From NCBI GenBank assembly GCA_951406725.2, contig OX597821.1:71114001-71178000 (forward strand): a stretch of 64,000 nucleotides of DNA, written 5' to 3'. Shown in pieces: positions 1 to 12,270 of the stretch (its first letter is position 1; each line of letters starts with the position of its first letter). The translations under genes and the position numbers were made by a program. This stretch comes from Octopus vulgaris. Its lineage: Eukaryota. The notes under the pieces are model-generated. The model did not search any database, had not been told where the DNA came from, and was given only the letters and a program-made list of their open reading frames with translations.

Positions 1-426
1 TGTCTTTGTTTTTGTTTGTCTCTACCACCACCACTTTTTATATCCCCATAACTTAGTGGTTCAGCAAACAAGACTAATAGAGTAAGCACCAGGCTTTAAA
101 TATAAGTACTGGGTTGATTTATCGAACTAAAACCTTTCAGGGTGGTGCCCCAGCATGGCCACAGTCCAATGAATGAAACCAGTAAAAGGAAAGATAAAAG
201 AAAAGGGACAGATTTATATGTAGTACAATGCAGAACAGAATGAAAAAAGAAAGAGTATAATTTGAGAAGGATCTGGCTGTTGTTTTTAGCAATTCAAACA
301 ACCATATACAAGCCTCCACATGGCCTGGTGTTTTAATAAAACCTCACAATTAGTTATTAGTTGATTCCATAACAAATCTTTACAATGAAATCCTGCCATG
401 GCAGGAACACAATTCAAATTAATTAC

Positions 427-513
427 CTTCTCCAAATTCATTCAAAATTACAGCAATTCGTTTCCCATGGTTTTCCGACAAGATATAATTCAATAATGTT
501 GTTTTACCGGCAC
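427..513 (-). CDS. ZNG1: ZNG1/CBWD (COBW-domain Zn-regulated GTPase metalloprotein activator), coding exon 2; gene continues beyond left edge
   Basis: Minus strand caacag|GTGCCGGTAAA...GGAGAAG|gtaatt, 87 nt, translating (G)[28 protein letters not shown](G). This is Walker A plus the NEFGE motif of COG0523/CobW GTPases. Phase matches the previous exon. Confidence 0.93.
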
Positions 514-921
514 CTGTTGATTAGAAAATATATCAATTAATTATGTAATATATTTGTTAATTACATAAAATATCTTTACAATGAAATCCTGCAACAGTAA
601 AGTAGCATGAAAACCAGAGCACAAACAGTGGTAAAGCCAGGGTGTGTGTTGCCCAAGAAAGCTTCGAGTTTATCACTCACCCCTGGGCCAAAACAATCTT
701 ATATAACACAAACTAAAAGTGCTGCTTGAGGCAGCCCTTGAGTTTGCTTTCTCCACCCCAAACCTGGCCTCAATGCTATAGAGTTTTAAGCAGCCTAGCT
801 AAAACTGTCACTCAGGGAGAACCATCCCACCCTTGGCTATATTCGATGGAGAGAAAATGTATGTGGAAAGGGTGCAAAATAAGTAAAGGGTGTTAAAACC
901 TCAGAATCCAGTAAAGCTTAC

Positions 922-1006
922 CTAAAAATCCTGTGATGATTGTTATAGGGACCTTAACAATATCTGCGGGGACAAGATCAGGAGGCGCTTCTTCATCATC
1001 AGACAT
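922..1006 (-). CDS. ZNG1: ZNG1/CBWD first coding exon (whole exon 922-1022 including 16 nt of 5'UTR)
   Basis: tatttcag|cttgatcagccccatcATG...TTTTTAG|gtaagc, translating MSDDEEAPPDLVPADIVKVPITIITGFL(G): acidic N-terminus, PxLVP motif and VPITIITGFLG typical of ZNG1. An acceptor precedes the ATG, so a non-coding exon lies upstream (higher coordinate). Confidence 0.92.
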
Positions 1007-1067
1007 GATGGGGCTGATCAAGCTGAAATACAAGAATAAAATACATTGAGGATAATTACTTTATATA

Positions 1068-1425
1068 GTAACCAGCAGCTAAGCCCGGTTTCACCCGGTC
1101 TGTTTGGATGATGTAGCTGTGATCGTTTTTGGTCAGGCATAATCTATAACAGCGTTTCTCAACCTGATCATTTCGGGTCCCCTGTTTCGATTGGAGCCTC
1201 CAGCTGTATGAAAATTTCCTGACTCCACCCCAGTCAGAAAACAGCTTCAGATCGATTTTCTCAGTAAGTGTGGGGGTTAGGAAAAAAATACAAACTGCAT
1301 TCCAATCTATGCACCAGTCTCCACATGTGTGCCATTTTTCATGTGAATCCACGCAGTCGTTTGGCTGTGAACCTCAAGACAAGAAAGAATACAACATTCG
1401 CCCATGTCCAATTTATATTATAGAT
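1068..1425 (-). mobile_element. Non-autonomous Helitron-like element
   Basis: Left end carries a degenerate CTRR terminus next to the hairpin gcccggtttcacccggtc. Right end ...tattataga reads TC at the 5' end on the minus strand. Same architecture as other Helitron copies in the window. Confidence 0.5.
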
Positions 1426-1439
1426 TAATTCATCACCAA

Positions 1440-2620
1440 TTAATGCCTGTTTTACATGCTGGAATGAGTTGGATGGTTTGAGATGACTCAATGGGTTGCA
1501 TGAGGCCACAAAGACGGCTAGACCCCCTTCCTAATGCCAACCACTTTACAGTGTGAAGTGGGTGCTGATTTTCAGTCCACTGGCACTATTGGGGTTACCC
1601 AGTAACTTGCAAGACAAGAAAAGAAAAAGAATTCAACAGAGGAAAGATACGGCTTTAGGCCAGATGCTGAGAGGCTGAAGTAGGAGAGAGGGACAAACAC
1701 AGGTGTCTGGTCATAGAGGAGATGCGGGGCTACCCGACATTATATGAGGGGGTGGGTGTAACTGGGAAGAAGATAAAAGGAAGGTAGTGATGGGGAGCGA
1801 GAAGAAACTCTCCAGGTACAAGAGGGCGAGCATACAAGCAGATACAGACAGTGGATCAGGAGTCAAGAGGGGGTAGTTTCATAAGAATGTAACAGGGGAG
1901 TAACATCGTTAGAGAGGGGGACTGGAGGTGAATGGAGTGAGCAATGAACAAGGATGGAGGTGTGGTTGATAAGAAATATCATTAAGGTGAAGGTATCAGG
2001 TAAGAGAAACAGAAATGACTCAGGAAGGAGGATAGCTCAGGGGCGGGGGGTGAAGGAGCAGTGGGGAGGGAGACGAAGTGAGTGGGGAGATGAGGGTGGA
2101 TATGAGAGGGAACTGAGAATAAGGGTAGATATGTGAGGCATTAAAATGGAGAGATAACTGAAGGCACCAATTGGTGAAAATAGTGTCGGAAAGGAGAATG
2201 GGGACTGGAAGGTTCCAGTGGAGCGGTGGGGGACTGATAACATGAAGAAGAGGGGAGAGTAATATGTGACACTTTTGTTCTCAAGTGATTACAGCTGCGG
2301 AGTAGTACCATAGATAGAGGAGTGATGGAGGGATAAGTGTTAGGAGAATGAGAATCCTTGACAGAGCAGAATGAGTTACAAGTATAACCAGAATGCTTTT
2401 AGGACATCCTTTTTGTTGTGGTGGACATGTCTTGTCAAGCACAGCAAATCACTCGTTTATCATCACCTCAGTGGGGAGGTTCAGTATCTTGAGATCCATG
2501 TTTTTCTGAGCCCCCCCCCCCTCCTTCACAAGCTCCATCCACTTTAAGTAACTGACACTTTTTTTATGAAGCTGTCCTCATTCATATGCATCAAATCAGT
2601 GCAATCTTTTCTTTTGCAAA
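1440..2620 (-). mobile_element. Degenerate SINE/RTE-LINE 3' fragment with purine-rich tract
   Basis: SINE core cccttcctaatgccaaccact at ~1525, a long GA-rich stretch at 1660-2380, and RTE 3'-end-like sequence at 2420-2600. Confidence 0.45.
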
Positions 2621-2662
2621 CACACACACACACACCTATGCCCAGCCACCCAGTCATCCATC

Positions 2663-3505
2663 ATACAAGGTGAATTCCAGAAGTTTTGAAACTCTCTTTT
2701 AGGAGACAGTTATAAGCATCCTAGATTATGGTATTTTTAGTACATCATCCCCAAACACCTAATAAGCCACTTTTTGTTTTTCCAGACTGGAGATGACTAG
2801 AACAGCACTTTGAATAAACCCTACTAAACTCGGCTTGTCACAGCTGACCAGTTTTGCAGGATGCAATCAGGGTGTTTGGAAGCTGATTATGCAATAGAGT
2901 TTTGTGTTAAACTGAGCAAAAATGTTCCAGAAACTTATGAAATGCTCCAGACTGGTCGTGGATTAACTTTTTTGCTGGGACAAGTAGTTCAAGGACAGTA
3001 GAAAAGAGATGGGAGAGAGAGGGACATCGGAACATCAGAGCCAGTTGAGAAAATTCGTAATTTTCTGGATGAAGAACATTGCGTGTTTTCAAAGACAACA
3101 AACATACGAGTTGGAGTTCATGTGGCACCTATACAGAGAATTATTCATGCATGTCTGATCAAGTGCAAAATTTATTGCCAGTGTCCTCAATGGCAAACAC
3201 CCTGACAAGCATCAAAACAGTCCCTTCCCTCTCCCTGTGGCCAGACCTTGCTCCCAGTGACCTTTGGGTGTTCCCCAAGCTAAAGGACAACCTCAGGGTC
3301 AGTCATTTTGAAGATGAAGGATGCTGTGACAAGGGTCCTGGACACCTTCATTTTAGAGGACTTCTATGGGGCCTTCACAAAATGGCTGGAGCTCTATGAT
3401 AACATGTGTATTGAAGTCAAAGGATCCTACTTTGAAGGAGTTTAGAGTTTTGGACTTCTCTGAAACTAATAAATGTCTCTCCTGGAAAAGTCTCAAAACT
3501 TGTAT
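2663..3505 (+). mobile_element. Decayed mariner transposon
   Basis: Begins TA-caaggtg...aagttttgaaact. ORF fragment WPDLAPSDLWVFPKLKDNLR matches the mariner YSPDLAPSD motif. Confidence 0.75.
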
Positions 3506-3508
3506 ATA

Positions 3509-4173
3509 CAAGAGGAAGTCAAAAATTATCCACACTTTCACCATAACATATCTTTATTATTGTCACCCTGTCTTCTGCACAGTCATGCTTATAGTTGGTA
3601 CTATTGTGGTCATGTGATCGAAGTTCAAGCCTGATCATGCCATTTTTCTTTCTGGCTTTACAGTCTAAGCATGGCCACTCCACTAGCAATGTACAACAAA
3701 GAGGAACAAAGAACAGTGATCCGATTTCTCTGGTTGAAAGGTGTGTCAGGGGTTGAAATTTATTGGAGGCTTTTAGCACAATACAGGGACAGTGCACTAC
3801 CACATAGAAGTGTGTATGACCGGATCAAGAAGTTTAAAAGTGGCCAGAGAAGCATGATGCACAAAGAGGGAGCAGGACACCCATCAACCTCCACCACTGA
3901 TGAGAAGATTCAGCAAGCTCAGGAGATGATAATGGTGAACTGGTTCACCATTACCACCTCTCAGATCCCTGCTCATTGTTCTTCTTTGGTGCACATTGCT
4001 AGTGGAGTAGCCATGCTCACACTGTAAAGCCAGAAAGGAAAACGGCGCAATCAGACTCAAACTTCGATCATGTGACAATAGAACCAACTATAAGCACACA
4101 GGCGCAGAAGGCAGTGTGACAACAATAAAGATAGGTTACGGTAAAAGTGCGGATAATTTTTGACTTCCCCTCA
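3509..4173 (+). mobile_element. Mariner-derived element with ~200-bp inverted arms and N-terminal transposase fragment
   Basis: TA-flanked TIRs caagaggaagtcaaaaattatccacacttt / aaagtgcggataatttttgacttcccctca. ORF 3671-4027 (EQRTVIRFLWLKGVSGVEIYWRL...KKFKSGQRS...GHPSTSTT) resembles the mariner HTH region. Confidence 0.85.
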
Positions 4174-5388
4174 TAATTATATGAATACACACACGTGTGT
4201 GTGTGTTTGAAAAAAAATAGAAATCTGTCTGTTTCAGCACCTCATACTCTAGTTATTGGATCCACTTGGATAACCACCAGTTAATTGAGTTCAAACAGCT
4301 GAGTATTCCACAGGATCTTGTCTTCTTAACCAAGCATCAGTGTGACATGTCATGCACTAAGGTCAAACCCTTTGAATTTCAAATTCAGTTAATCTGATGG
4401 ATTTTGACCATTTGATGGTCCTTTTCTTCCTTTTGACTCAGGTAAACAAACTCATCCAAAATACTCCACTGTGAGACTGAACTTGGAACCCAGTGATTTG
4501 CAAAGAGAACTTCTTCAAACATACAAATGGTTGTGTGTTTAAGAAGTTCACTTCCCAACCACATGGTTTTGGGTTCAATCCCATTGCACAGCACTTTTGG
4601 CAAGTTTCTTCTACAATAACCCCATGTCAACCAAACCTTGTGAGTGAATTGGCAGATGGAAACTAAAAGAATCCCATGTGTGTGTGTGTGTGTGTGTATG
4701 TTACCTTGTCTCAATATTATGTGGTTCATTTCCAATATTCTGTGAAAACATGTCTGGCCATGGGGAAACATCTTACCTTGGAAAGGAGTAAAAGGTTGGT
4801 GAGAGGAAAGGCATCCAGCTGTAGAAAATCTGGCTCAAACAAACTCCCTCTAACCGATGCAAGCATGGGAAAGTGGACCTTGAAGCAATGATGAGGATTA
4901 TATGTACACACACCCATACATGTATACATAATCACATATATACACATCCGTCCCCAATATCAACACACACACATGCATGTGCACACAAGCATATCTATAC
5001 AACTAAATCAATAATGACCTTCACCACCTACAGTGACCTTCCATTCTGTAATTACAGAACAATGTTATCTGGCCCTGCCAAGAACTACAGAGGGGAATGC
5101 AGATAAAAAAATATGTCACAGAACCAGTTTTGAGCTATTTTTGTAAATGTTTATATCCCCAGGATCTTAATTTCAGATAAATTTGTCTCTAGATATATGT
5201 CACAGGATACTTGCTGCCCTTTTATTAAAAACTACTAACTATTCTGTGATGAAATGTTAGAAAGTGTGAAAGACTGCAGATTGTAATCCAGTTGAAGGAC
5301 CATTTGCAGAGCAGGATTAATAGAATAGCTTAACACCATAAGATGAGCATCATGCTGACATTTTTTAATAATTTATAAAAATAAACAC

Positions 5389-5392
<4 letters not shown>

Positions 5393-5427
<35 letters not shown>

Positions 5428-5441
5428 TAATAATAATAATA
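5393..5441. repeat. (AAT)n microsatellite
   Basis: Directly visible. Confidence 0.95.
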
Positions 5442-6360
5442 TCTCAAAATAATAGTTCAGAGCACACTTTTTCTCAAAGGTTTTAAAATTTAAAATTAGA
5501 CAATATTTATGTTTATGTATACACACACACACACACATCTGTATACAGATGTACTATCTATTATATACACTGTGTAAGTGTGTGTGAATATATACACACA
5601 CACACACATTGATTATTAGTATAAATGTAAAAAATAATATTTTTAACCATCAGAAATGTTAAGAGACTCCTCAGATAAATGTGATATTAACCAACAAACA
5701 ACAACAACAACAGGCAATAAAAAGTAAAAAAAAAAAAACTCCAACAAGATAAATAACCTGAAACAATGCTAATTCTCTTGTGTGGTTGGCGTCAATAACC
5801 TCACAGACAATTGAGTGAACGCCAATAAAGGAGAAAAGCCAAATCACAGCAGATTCACCAACGAATTTCAAGGACAACATTCTTTTTTTTTTCTTTTTCT
5901 TTCTGACTACTGAGAGTATTTGACCTTTAAGAGGAAAACATATAATTTTAGGAAGAGTAATTTGTCAGGAATTAGAACAAAGCAGTGACAAGAAGCCACG
6001 TTTATATTCCTTCCAACAGTTTATTCTCGTTTGTTATCAGCACCAAACAATACACATTTCTCTAATAACATTTCAAGATACTTTTTTTTAATTAAAGGTT
6101 AAAAATTAAAAACAAATAACACAATTTTCATACATTCTCTTTCTCTCTCTCTAAATGTTCATTTTTATGTTGTTATAATAAAAACTATTTTACATTAATC
6201 TGATGGGTTACTCTACTTATGCAGAATACAAGTTTATTCTTTGACAAGGATGTTGTTGATAGGGACTTCGAAGTTTCAGCCAATTAAGTGATCAGAGGGA
6301 GGCTTAACTAGCCAAAACTTAGAAGTCACTGTCACCAACATTCTTGTTTAATAATGAATA

Positions 6361-7432
6361 TGAGGCGGTATCCAAAAGTTCCCAGACTAGTTCTACAGTG
6401 CACCAACAGATGGCAGCACTCCAGTTGCATGCACAGTGAGAGCTAGCAGTGACCTTCATAAGGCACTGTGCCATGTGCCATTGCTGTGTTTACTTCACAA
6501 GCTGCCTTTTGTGATCACGTGTGTTTTACAGAGACACTGAGCATGCTTTGGCAAGCTTACTGGGATGAGGCAATGGGTCGTGTGCAATGCTTCAAAAGCT
6601 GAAGAATATCCCTGGAAGACGATGACCAATCTGGAAGACCTGCCATGAGTGTCACCCCTGGAAATGTGGTGTTGTGATTCGAGAATTCGTCCCCCAGGGC
6701 CAGACTGTCGATCAAGAGTTCTATTTCAGCATTTTCAAGCGTTCGAGGGAAGACATTCGGCAAGGGCAAGTGTCTTCTGCTATAGCCTTGGGCCGACCAA
6801 AGCCTTGTGAGTGGATTTGGTAGACGGAAACTGAAAGAAGCCCGTTGTATATATGTACATATATGTGTGTGTTTGTCCCCCCAACATCGCTTGACAACCA
6901 ATGCTGGTGTGTTTACATCCCTGTAACTTAGCAGTTCAGCAAAAGAGACCAATAGAATAAGTACTAGGCTTACAAAGAATAAGTCCTGGGGTCGATTTGC
7001 TTGACTAAAGGCGGTGCTCCAGCATGGCCACAGACTGAAACAAGTAAAAGAGTAAAAGTGACCAAATCTGTGGGGCGCAAAGAATTGAATTCTTTACCGA
7101 GCTCTCCTCACTCTCCCTCATGGGTTTCTTGCCAAAAGCATGGTATTGCTTCCACACCCACCCCATTCATTAGATTTAATACTTGTGTATTTCCATCTCT
7201 CCCCAACATGAAAATGCAGCTCAAAAGTCACTGTTTTAACACCATTGTCAAGATCCAGAGCGAATCGCAGAAGGCCCTTAACTTACAGAAAACAACTTCC
7301 AGGCTGGATTTCAAAAGTGGCAGGATTGGTGCATTAGCTGCACAAGGTGACTATTTCAAAGATGAGGTTAAAACTTAGGTAAAAGGTTTTCTATTAAACA
7401 TAACTTGTCTGGGAACCTTTTCATGCCACTCG
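6361..7432 (+). mobile_element. Decayed mariner element interrupted by a SINE (~6762-7058)
   Basis: TA-flanked ends tgaggcggtatccaaaagttcccagac / gtctgggaaccttttcatgccactcg. Mariner-like coding remnants. The inserted SINE has the ggcggtgctccagcatggcc tail found elsewhere in the window. Confidence 0.7.
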
Positions 7433-7499
7433 TACACACACTTAATCCACAGAGTGCATTGTATACACAGATCTGTGGTGTGTGTGTGATGGTGAATGG

Positions 7500-8060
7500 T
7501 ACTGTCCAAAGAATTGTAAAAGCTAAGGGCCAGACATGCAAGGAATAGGAAAAATAGGGAACACGTTAGAAGAAAAGCTAGACACAAATCTTTAAACAAA
7601 GAGAGAAGCAAAAAATCTTGAGGTTTGCCAATATTCTGTGATGAAATGTTAAGAAGTGAGACATTCCAGTCTACAAAACAGCAAGTTGACAGGAATGAGG
7701 ATGTCCTAATAGAGAAAGTGTGCAATGATAGCAGTTCATTAACCCTCACTGGAAAATAAATGTTATTTTGAAGGGAAGCTGTGGAAACAGGGGGTGTAGG
7801 AAGGGGTCATTCATAGCAAATGAATAGAAGCAGCAAGAATCAACTTGTTACAAGAACAAAAGGATGCTGTGGGAAGAACTAATTAAAGAGATAAATTTAT
7901 CAAGAAGCATATTATGAAAGTAACAGAAAGGGTTATAGCACAACTAATTAGGAAGATAATTAGCTTAGAGGAGATGCAAATTAGCTTTGTTTCAGGATGG
8001 AGTACAACTTATGGCCTCTTCCTAGTGAGACAGCTACAATGGAATTTTTAGCAAAGTTCT
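7500..8060 (+). mobile_element. RTE-type LINE reverse-transcriptase remnant
   Basis: ~7975-8040 reads MQISFVSGWSTTYGLFLVRQLQ, a decayed QFGF.PGRST.DAIF.VRQLQE RT motif. Confidence 0.55.
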
Positions 8061-11000
8061 TCTGGCTATATATAACAGAAGAATTTAAGAATGGCTGACC
8101 AATTTCTAATGCCAGTAACTTAGTCCATAGAGTTGAATCTTCAAAGAACCAGGGAAAAAAAATTCCAAACGTGAAGTCAAAACCTTACATCAAAAGATCT
8201 TCAAAGAAATCTCACAATTCCAAAAGATTTGGTTAAAAAGAAAGAAGACGACATTCTATTGCCATCTGCAAGGTTGGTTCAATCATCATCATTTTCACAT
8301 CCATTTTTCCATGCTTACCTGGGTTCAATGGAATTTATCGAGACAGATTTTCTACAGCGCATCATGTTGCCAAAACTCACCTGTTTCAAAGTAAGATAAT
8401 ATTTCATCATGGCTGGACATAACTTCGCAGAAGACTAGAGATGAAGGGCACAGCTTGTATGATGGTGACACTCATTCAAAACTGTTATGCAGCAGGCTTC
8501 TTTCAGTTTCCATCTACAATATCCACTCACATAGCTTTGATCAGCCCAAGGCTAAAGTTGAAGACATTTGCTCAAAGTCCACACAGCAGGATTGAACTCA
8601 AAACCAGGCAATTGGAAAGTCAACTTCACAACCACACAGCTTACTAAATTTTTTTTTTTATTTTGGTAAACTGGAGGTCGAATGTTCAAATCTCTCTGGA
8701 GCCTCAACCTAATATTACACTACACTCTTGGGGTGGTTGGCGTTAGGAAGGGCATCCAGCTGTAGAAACACTGCCAGATCAGACTGGAGCCTGGTGCAGC
8801 CTTCTGGCTTCCCAGATCCCCGGTCGAACCATCCAACCCATGCTAGCAAGGAGAACGGACGTTAAATGATGATGATGATGATGATTTCAGTCTATTCTTG
8901 TAAAACGCCCAAAATAGATAAATATTCTGGAAGCTTCTAGCGTTAAGTTCCATTCCAGTGATAGACTAGCATCTTATCAAAGAGATTTCCTTCTTGTCTG
9001 CCAAACACTGCAGAAATTAAACATCATCATCATCGTCATCATGCTGGCATGGGTTGGACGGTTTGACTGAGAACTGGCAAGCCAGGAGGCTGAACCAGGC
9101 TCCAATCTAATTTGGCAAGGTTTCTACAGCTGGATGCCCTTTTAGTGGGTGCTTTTTATGTGCCACTGGCATGGGAGCCAGTCAGGTGGCACTGGCATTG
9201 GCCATGTTAGAATGGTGCTTTTTATGTGTCACCAGTACAGGAGCCAGTCAGGTGGCACTGGCCACACTCAAATGGTGCTTTTTGCGTGAGTTAAAGAAAA
9301 AAAGGAGAAATCCCATACAGTATACCCAATGTAAAGTTAGTGTGTGCACCAGAAAGATGAAGAAGTAGGATGACAGAGAAAGGCTTCTTACACAGCAAAT
9401 GTGAAATGGTTACAAATAAAAGCAACCTCAGAATCAATTCTTTCAAAAGTTTAGTGAATTCCTTAGAAATGGTGGATAGCATTTTTTGCCTAAATGACCA
9501 AATATTAGTCATGGATGAGTGTATTCCAAAAATATAGTGACCAGTACCAGAATAAGTAAGGAAAATGTCAATGGAGCATTGACCTCTAACAGTTGCAATG
9601 AGTTTGTCCTTTCTTTGAATAAAAGACAGACTGGATGATGCTCTACAATACCAACAATGTTCTGCAGTTTCATTCTGTTCTAAAAATTCGGTTCACTCTT
9701 TCCTCTTCAGACACATGTGTATCGTCAAAAGGTTCCATTCTAACGCAAAACAAGGACCTAATCTGCTTTTACTCACATACCTGATATGATACTGATAACA
9801 AATGGTCCGTTGAAGAGTTAGAAGTTCATCAGTATCATCATCGTTTAACATACGTTTTCCATGCTGGCATGGGTTGGACCCATGTAATACTCAAATCAAA
9901 TTGGAAAACTGTGACATTACACAGTGGCACAAAAATTCAAAATTTCTTATCAACAAGCAATAGTTTGGGTTTTCGAGAGTTGGCCTAAATCTGCTATAAA
10001 CAAAAAAATGGTAAATTGTTGTCGCTGGAGAGTAAAAGCTAGTTCTTACAGGAGATACAGAACTCTTTGGGAAGAGAGAATTTGACTGTGGATGCCTTGT
10101 GTAGAGTTACTGTGTTTGTTGAAGATAGAGACCAGTGAAATGAATGAGAGAAATAAAGCTCAATGAAATGAGTAAAACTGAGGTTGGTACAATCAATTAG
10201 ACCTTTGAATATGATACTCCAGCATGGCCACAGTCAAACTAAAACCAATAGGATAACAATATATCATCCTCATTTTTCCATACTTGCATTGGTCACAATG
10301 AGTCCATTGAGGCAGATTTGCTATGGCTGGATGCCCATCCTGTGGTCAGCCTTCACCCTTTTTCCATGGCCAAGGCAGGTTTCCAACAAATTGCAAACAA
10401 AGGACACCACTTGTATGACTGTGATGCTTGTTTAGAATCATGGTACAAAGTGCCTGGGTTGATGTCATGGGGAAAAGCATCCAGTGCATTCTGTAAAGTG
10501 GTTGGCATTAGGAAGGGCATCCAGAAACCTTACCAAAACAGATGACTGGAGCCTGGTGCAGGTCTCCAGCTTGCCAGTTTCTGTCAAACCATCCAACCCA
10601 TGCCAGCATGAAAAACAGGCATTAAATGATGATGATGATGTCACTGTAAAACTCCATTCAGGAGATTTAATGGAGTCAGAGTCTTATGCCTTACATTGTG
10701 GGTATATTTGTCCATCTTGGATCTTGTTTCACAAAATTTTTTCTTCCAAACGTTTTTAAATAAATTGTATTTTATTTAATTTTCTTTTTTTTTGTTGTTG
10801 TTTTTAATGTGAAACGACTTGCTTAAGAAAATGTCGACAAGGTGTCAAGCAAAATGCAATAAATAACCAATAATTAAATAATTTCAGTTGCAAAAGTGGT
10901 CCCAGGAGAACAAATGTTTCTGACAAGATATTTTTTTTAAAAACCCATAAGTTTATATTCTGTGGGTTTTTCCAAAGAAATTGTCTTTGAATTTATATAT

Positions 11001-11876
11001 TCCGAACACCAGACACTTAAGATCTTTGCTTAATTATGTAATATATATAAATTAATGTAATACTGGTTTCAAAATTTGTACAAAGCTAGCAATTTTAGGG
11101 GTGTATTTTACTGACACCCCCCCCCCAAAAGGATGAAAGGCAAAATCAATCTTGGTGGAACTGAACTTGGAACATAAAGACAGATGAAATGCCAATAAGC
11201 ACTTTGCTTGGCTAACAACTCTGCCAACTCACAACCTGTGAAATGTAATGTAATCATCATCATCATCATTTAACATCCGTTGTCCATGCTGGCATGGGTT
11301 GGATGGTTTGACTAGGGCTGACATGGGTTGGACGGTTTGACCAGGGCTGGCAATCTGGAAGGCTGCACCAGACCCCAGTCTGATTTAGCATGATTTCTAT
11401 GGTTGAATGCCCTTCTTGATGCCAACCACTCTGAGTGTGTAATGGGTGCTTTAAAATCATTTACTGAAATGCTGATGATGATAAATGGCAAATATATATT
11501 TAGGAGGTTCCCTTTGTGGTCCCAAGATCCCAAGCTTGATCCCATTGCATGGCATACTGGACAAATGCACAGACCCTAACCTCAGCTTTGTAAGTGATTT
11601 GTATAAATGGAAACTGTATCAAAGCCCTTCAAATGAAACTGAACACCAAGTGTATCAATCTCACCAGTTTAGGGAGGAGAAAGAGCCAGTGTCCATGATC
11701 CCTGTAAACCTACACCAGTCTGGGAGGCTCTGCAAAAGCACAAGAAACGCTCCCCCCCCCCCACTTCCTTCTGACTAAACTACTCAAAACAAAATAAATA
11801 CATCTATCTTTTGAAAATTGGTAACTTGATTGTGTTTGGTGAAATATCAGCCACTCAGAGAACTATCTTACTCCAC

Positions 11877-12270
11877 ATCATCATCATCGTTTAATGTCCG
11901 TTTTCTGTGCTAGCATGGGTTGGACGGTTCGACCGGGGTCTGGGAAGCCAGGAGGTTGCACCAGGTTCCAATCTGATCTGGTAGTGTTTCTACAGCTGGA
12001 TGCCCTTCCTAACGCCAACCACTCCAAGAGTGTAGTGGGTGCTTTTTACGTGCCACCGGCACAGGTGCCAAGGGAGGCTGGCATCGGCCACGATCGGTTG
12101 GTGCCTTTTACGTGCCACCGGCACAGAAGCCAGTCGAGGCAGCACTAGCATAGGCCACGATCGGTTGGTGCTTTTTACGTGCCACTAGCACAGAAGCCAG
12201 TCAAGGCAGTGCTGGCATCAGCCATGTTCAGATGGTGTTTTTTACGTGCCACCGGCATGGGGATCACAAA
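11877..12270 (-). mobile_element. (GAT)n-tailed SINE/RTE-tail repeat with internal tandem units (representative of ~20 copies in the window)
   Basis: catcatcatcgtttaa..ccatgctagcatgggttggacgg..gctggatgcccttcctaacgccaaccact, followed by repeated gtgccaccggcac..ggtgcttttac units. Other copies in both orientations near 8.7k, 9.0k, 10.5k, 11.3k, 13.9k, 26.7k, 28.3k, 31.0-31.8k, 33.7k, 41.1-42.1k, 43.5k, 45.7-46.7k, 50.2k and 51.8k. Confidence 0.85.

Noticed and set aside
5785-5827. ttggcgt..acgccaa hairpin as a pre-miRNA
   Set aside because: Stem too short and interrupted for a pre-miRNA.
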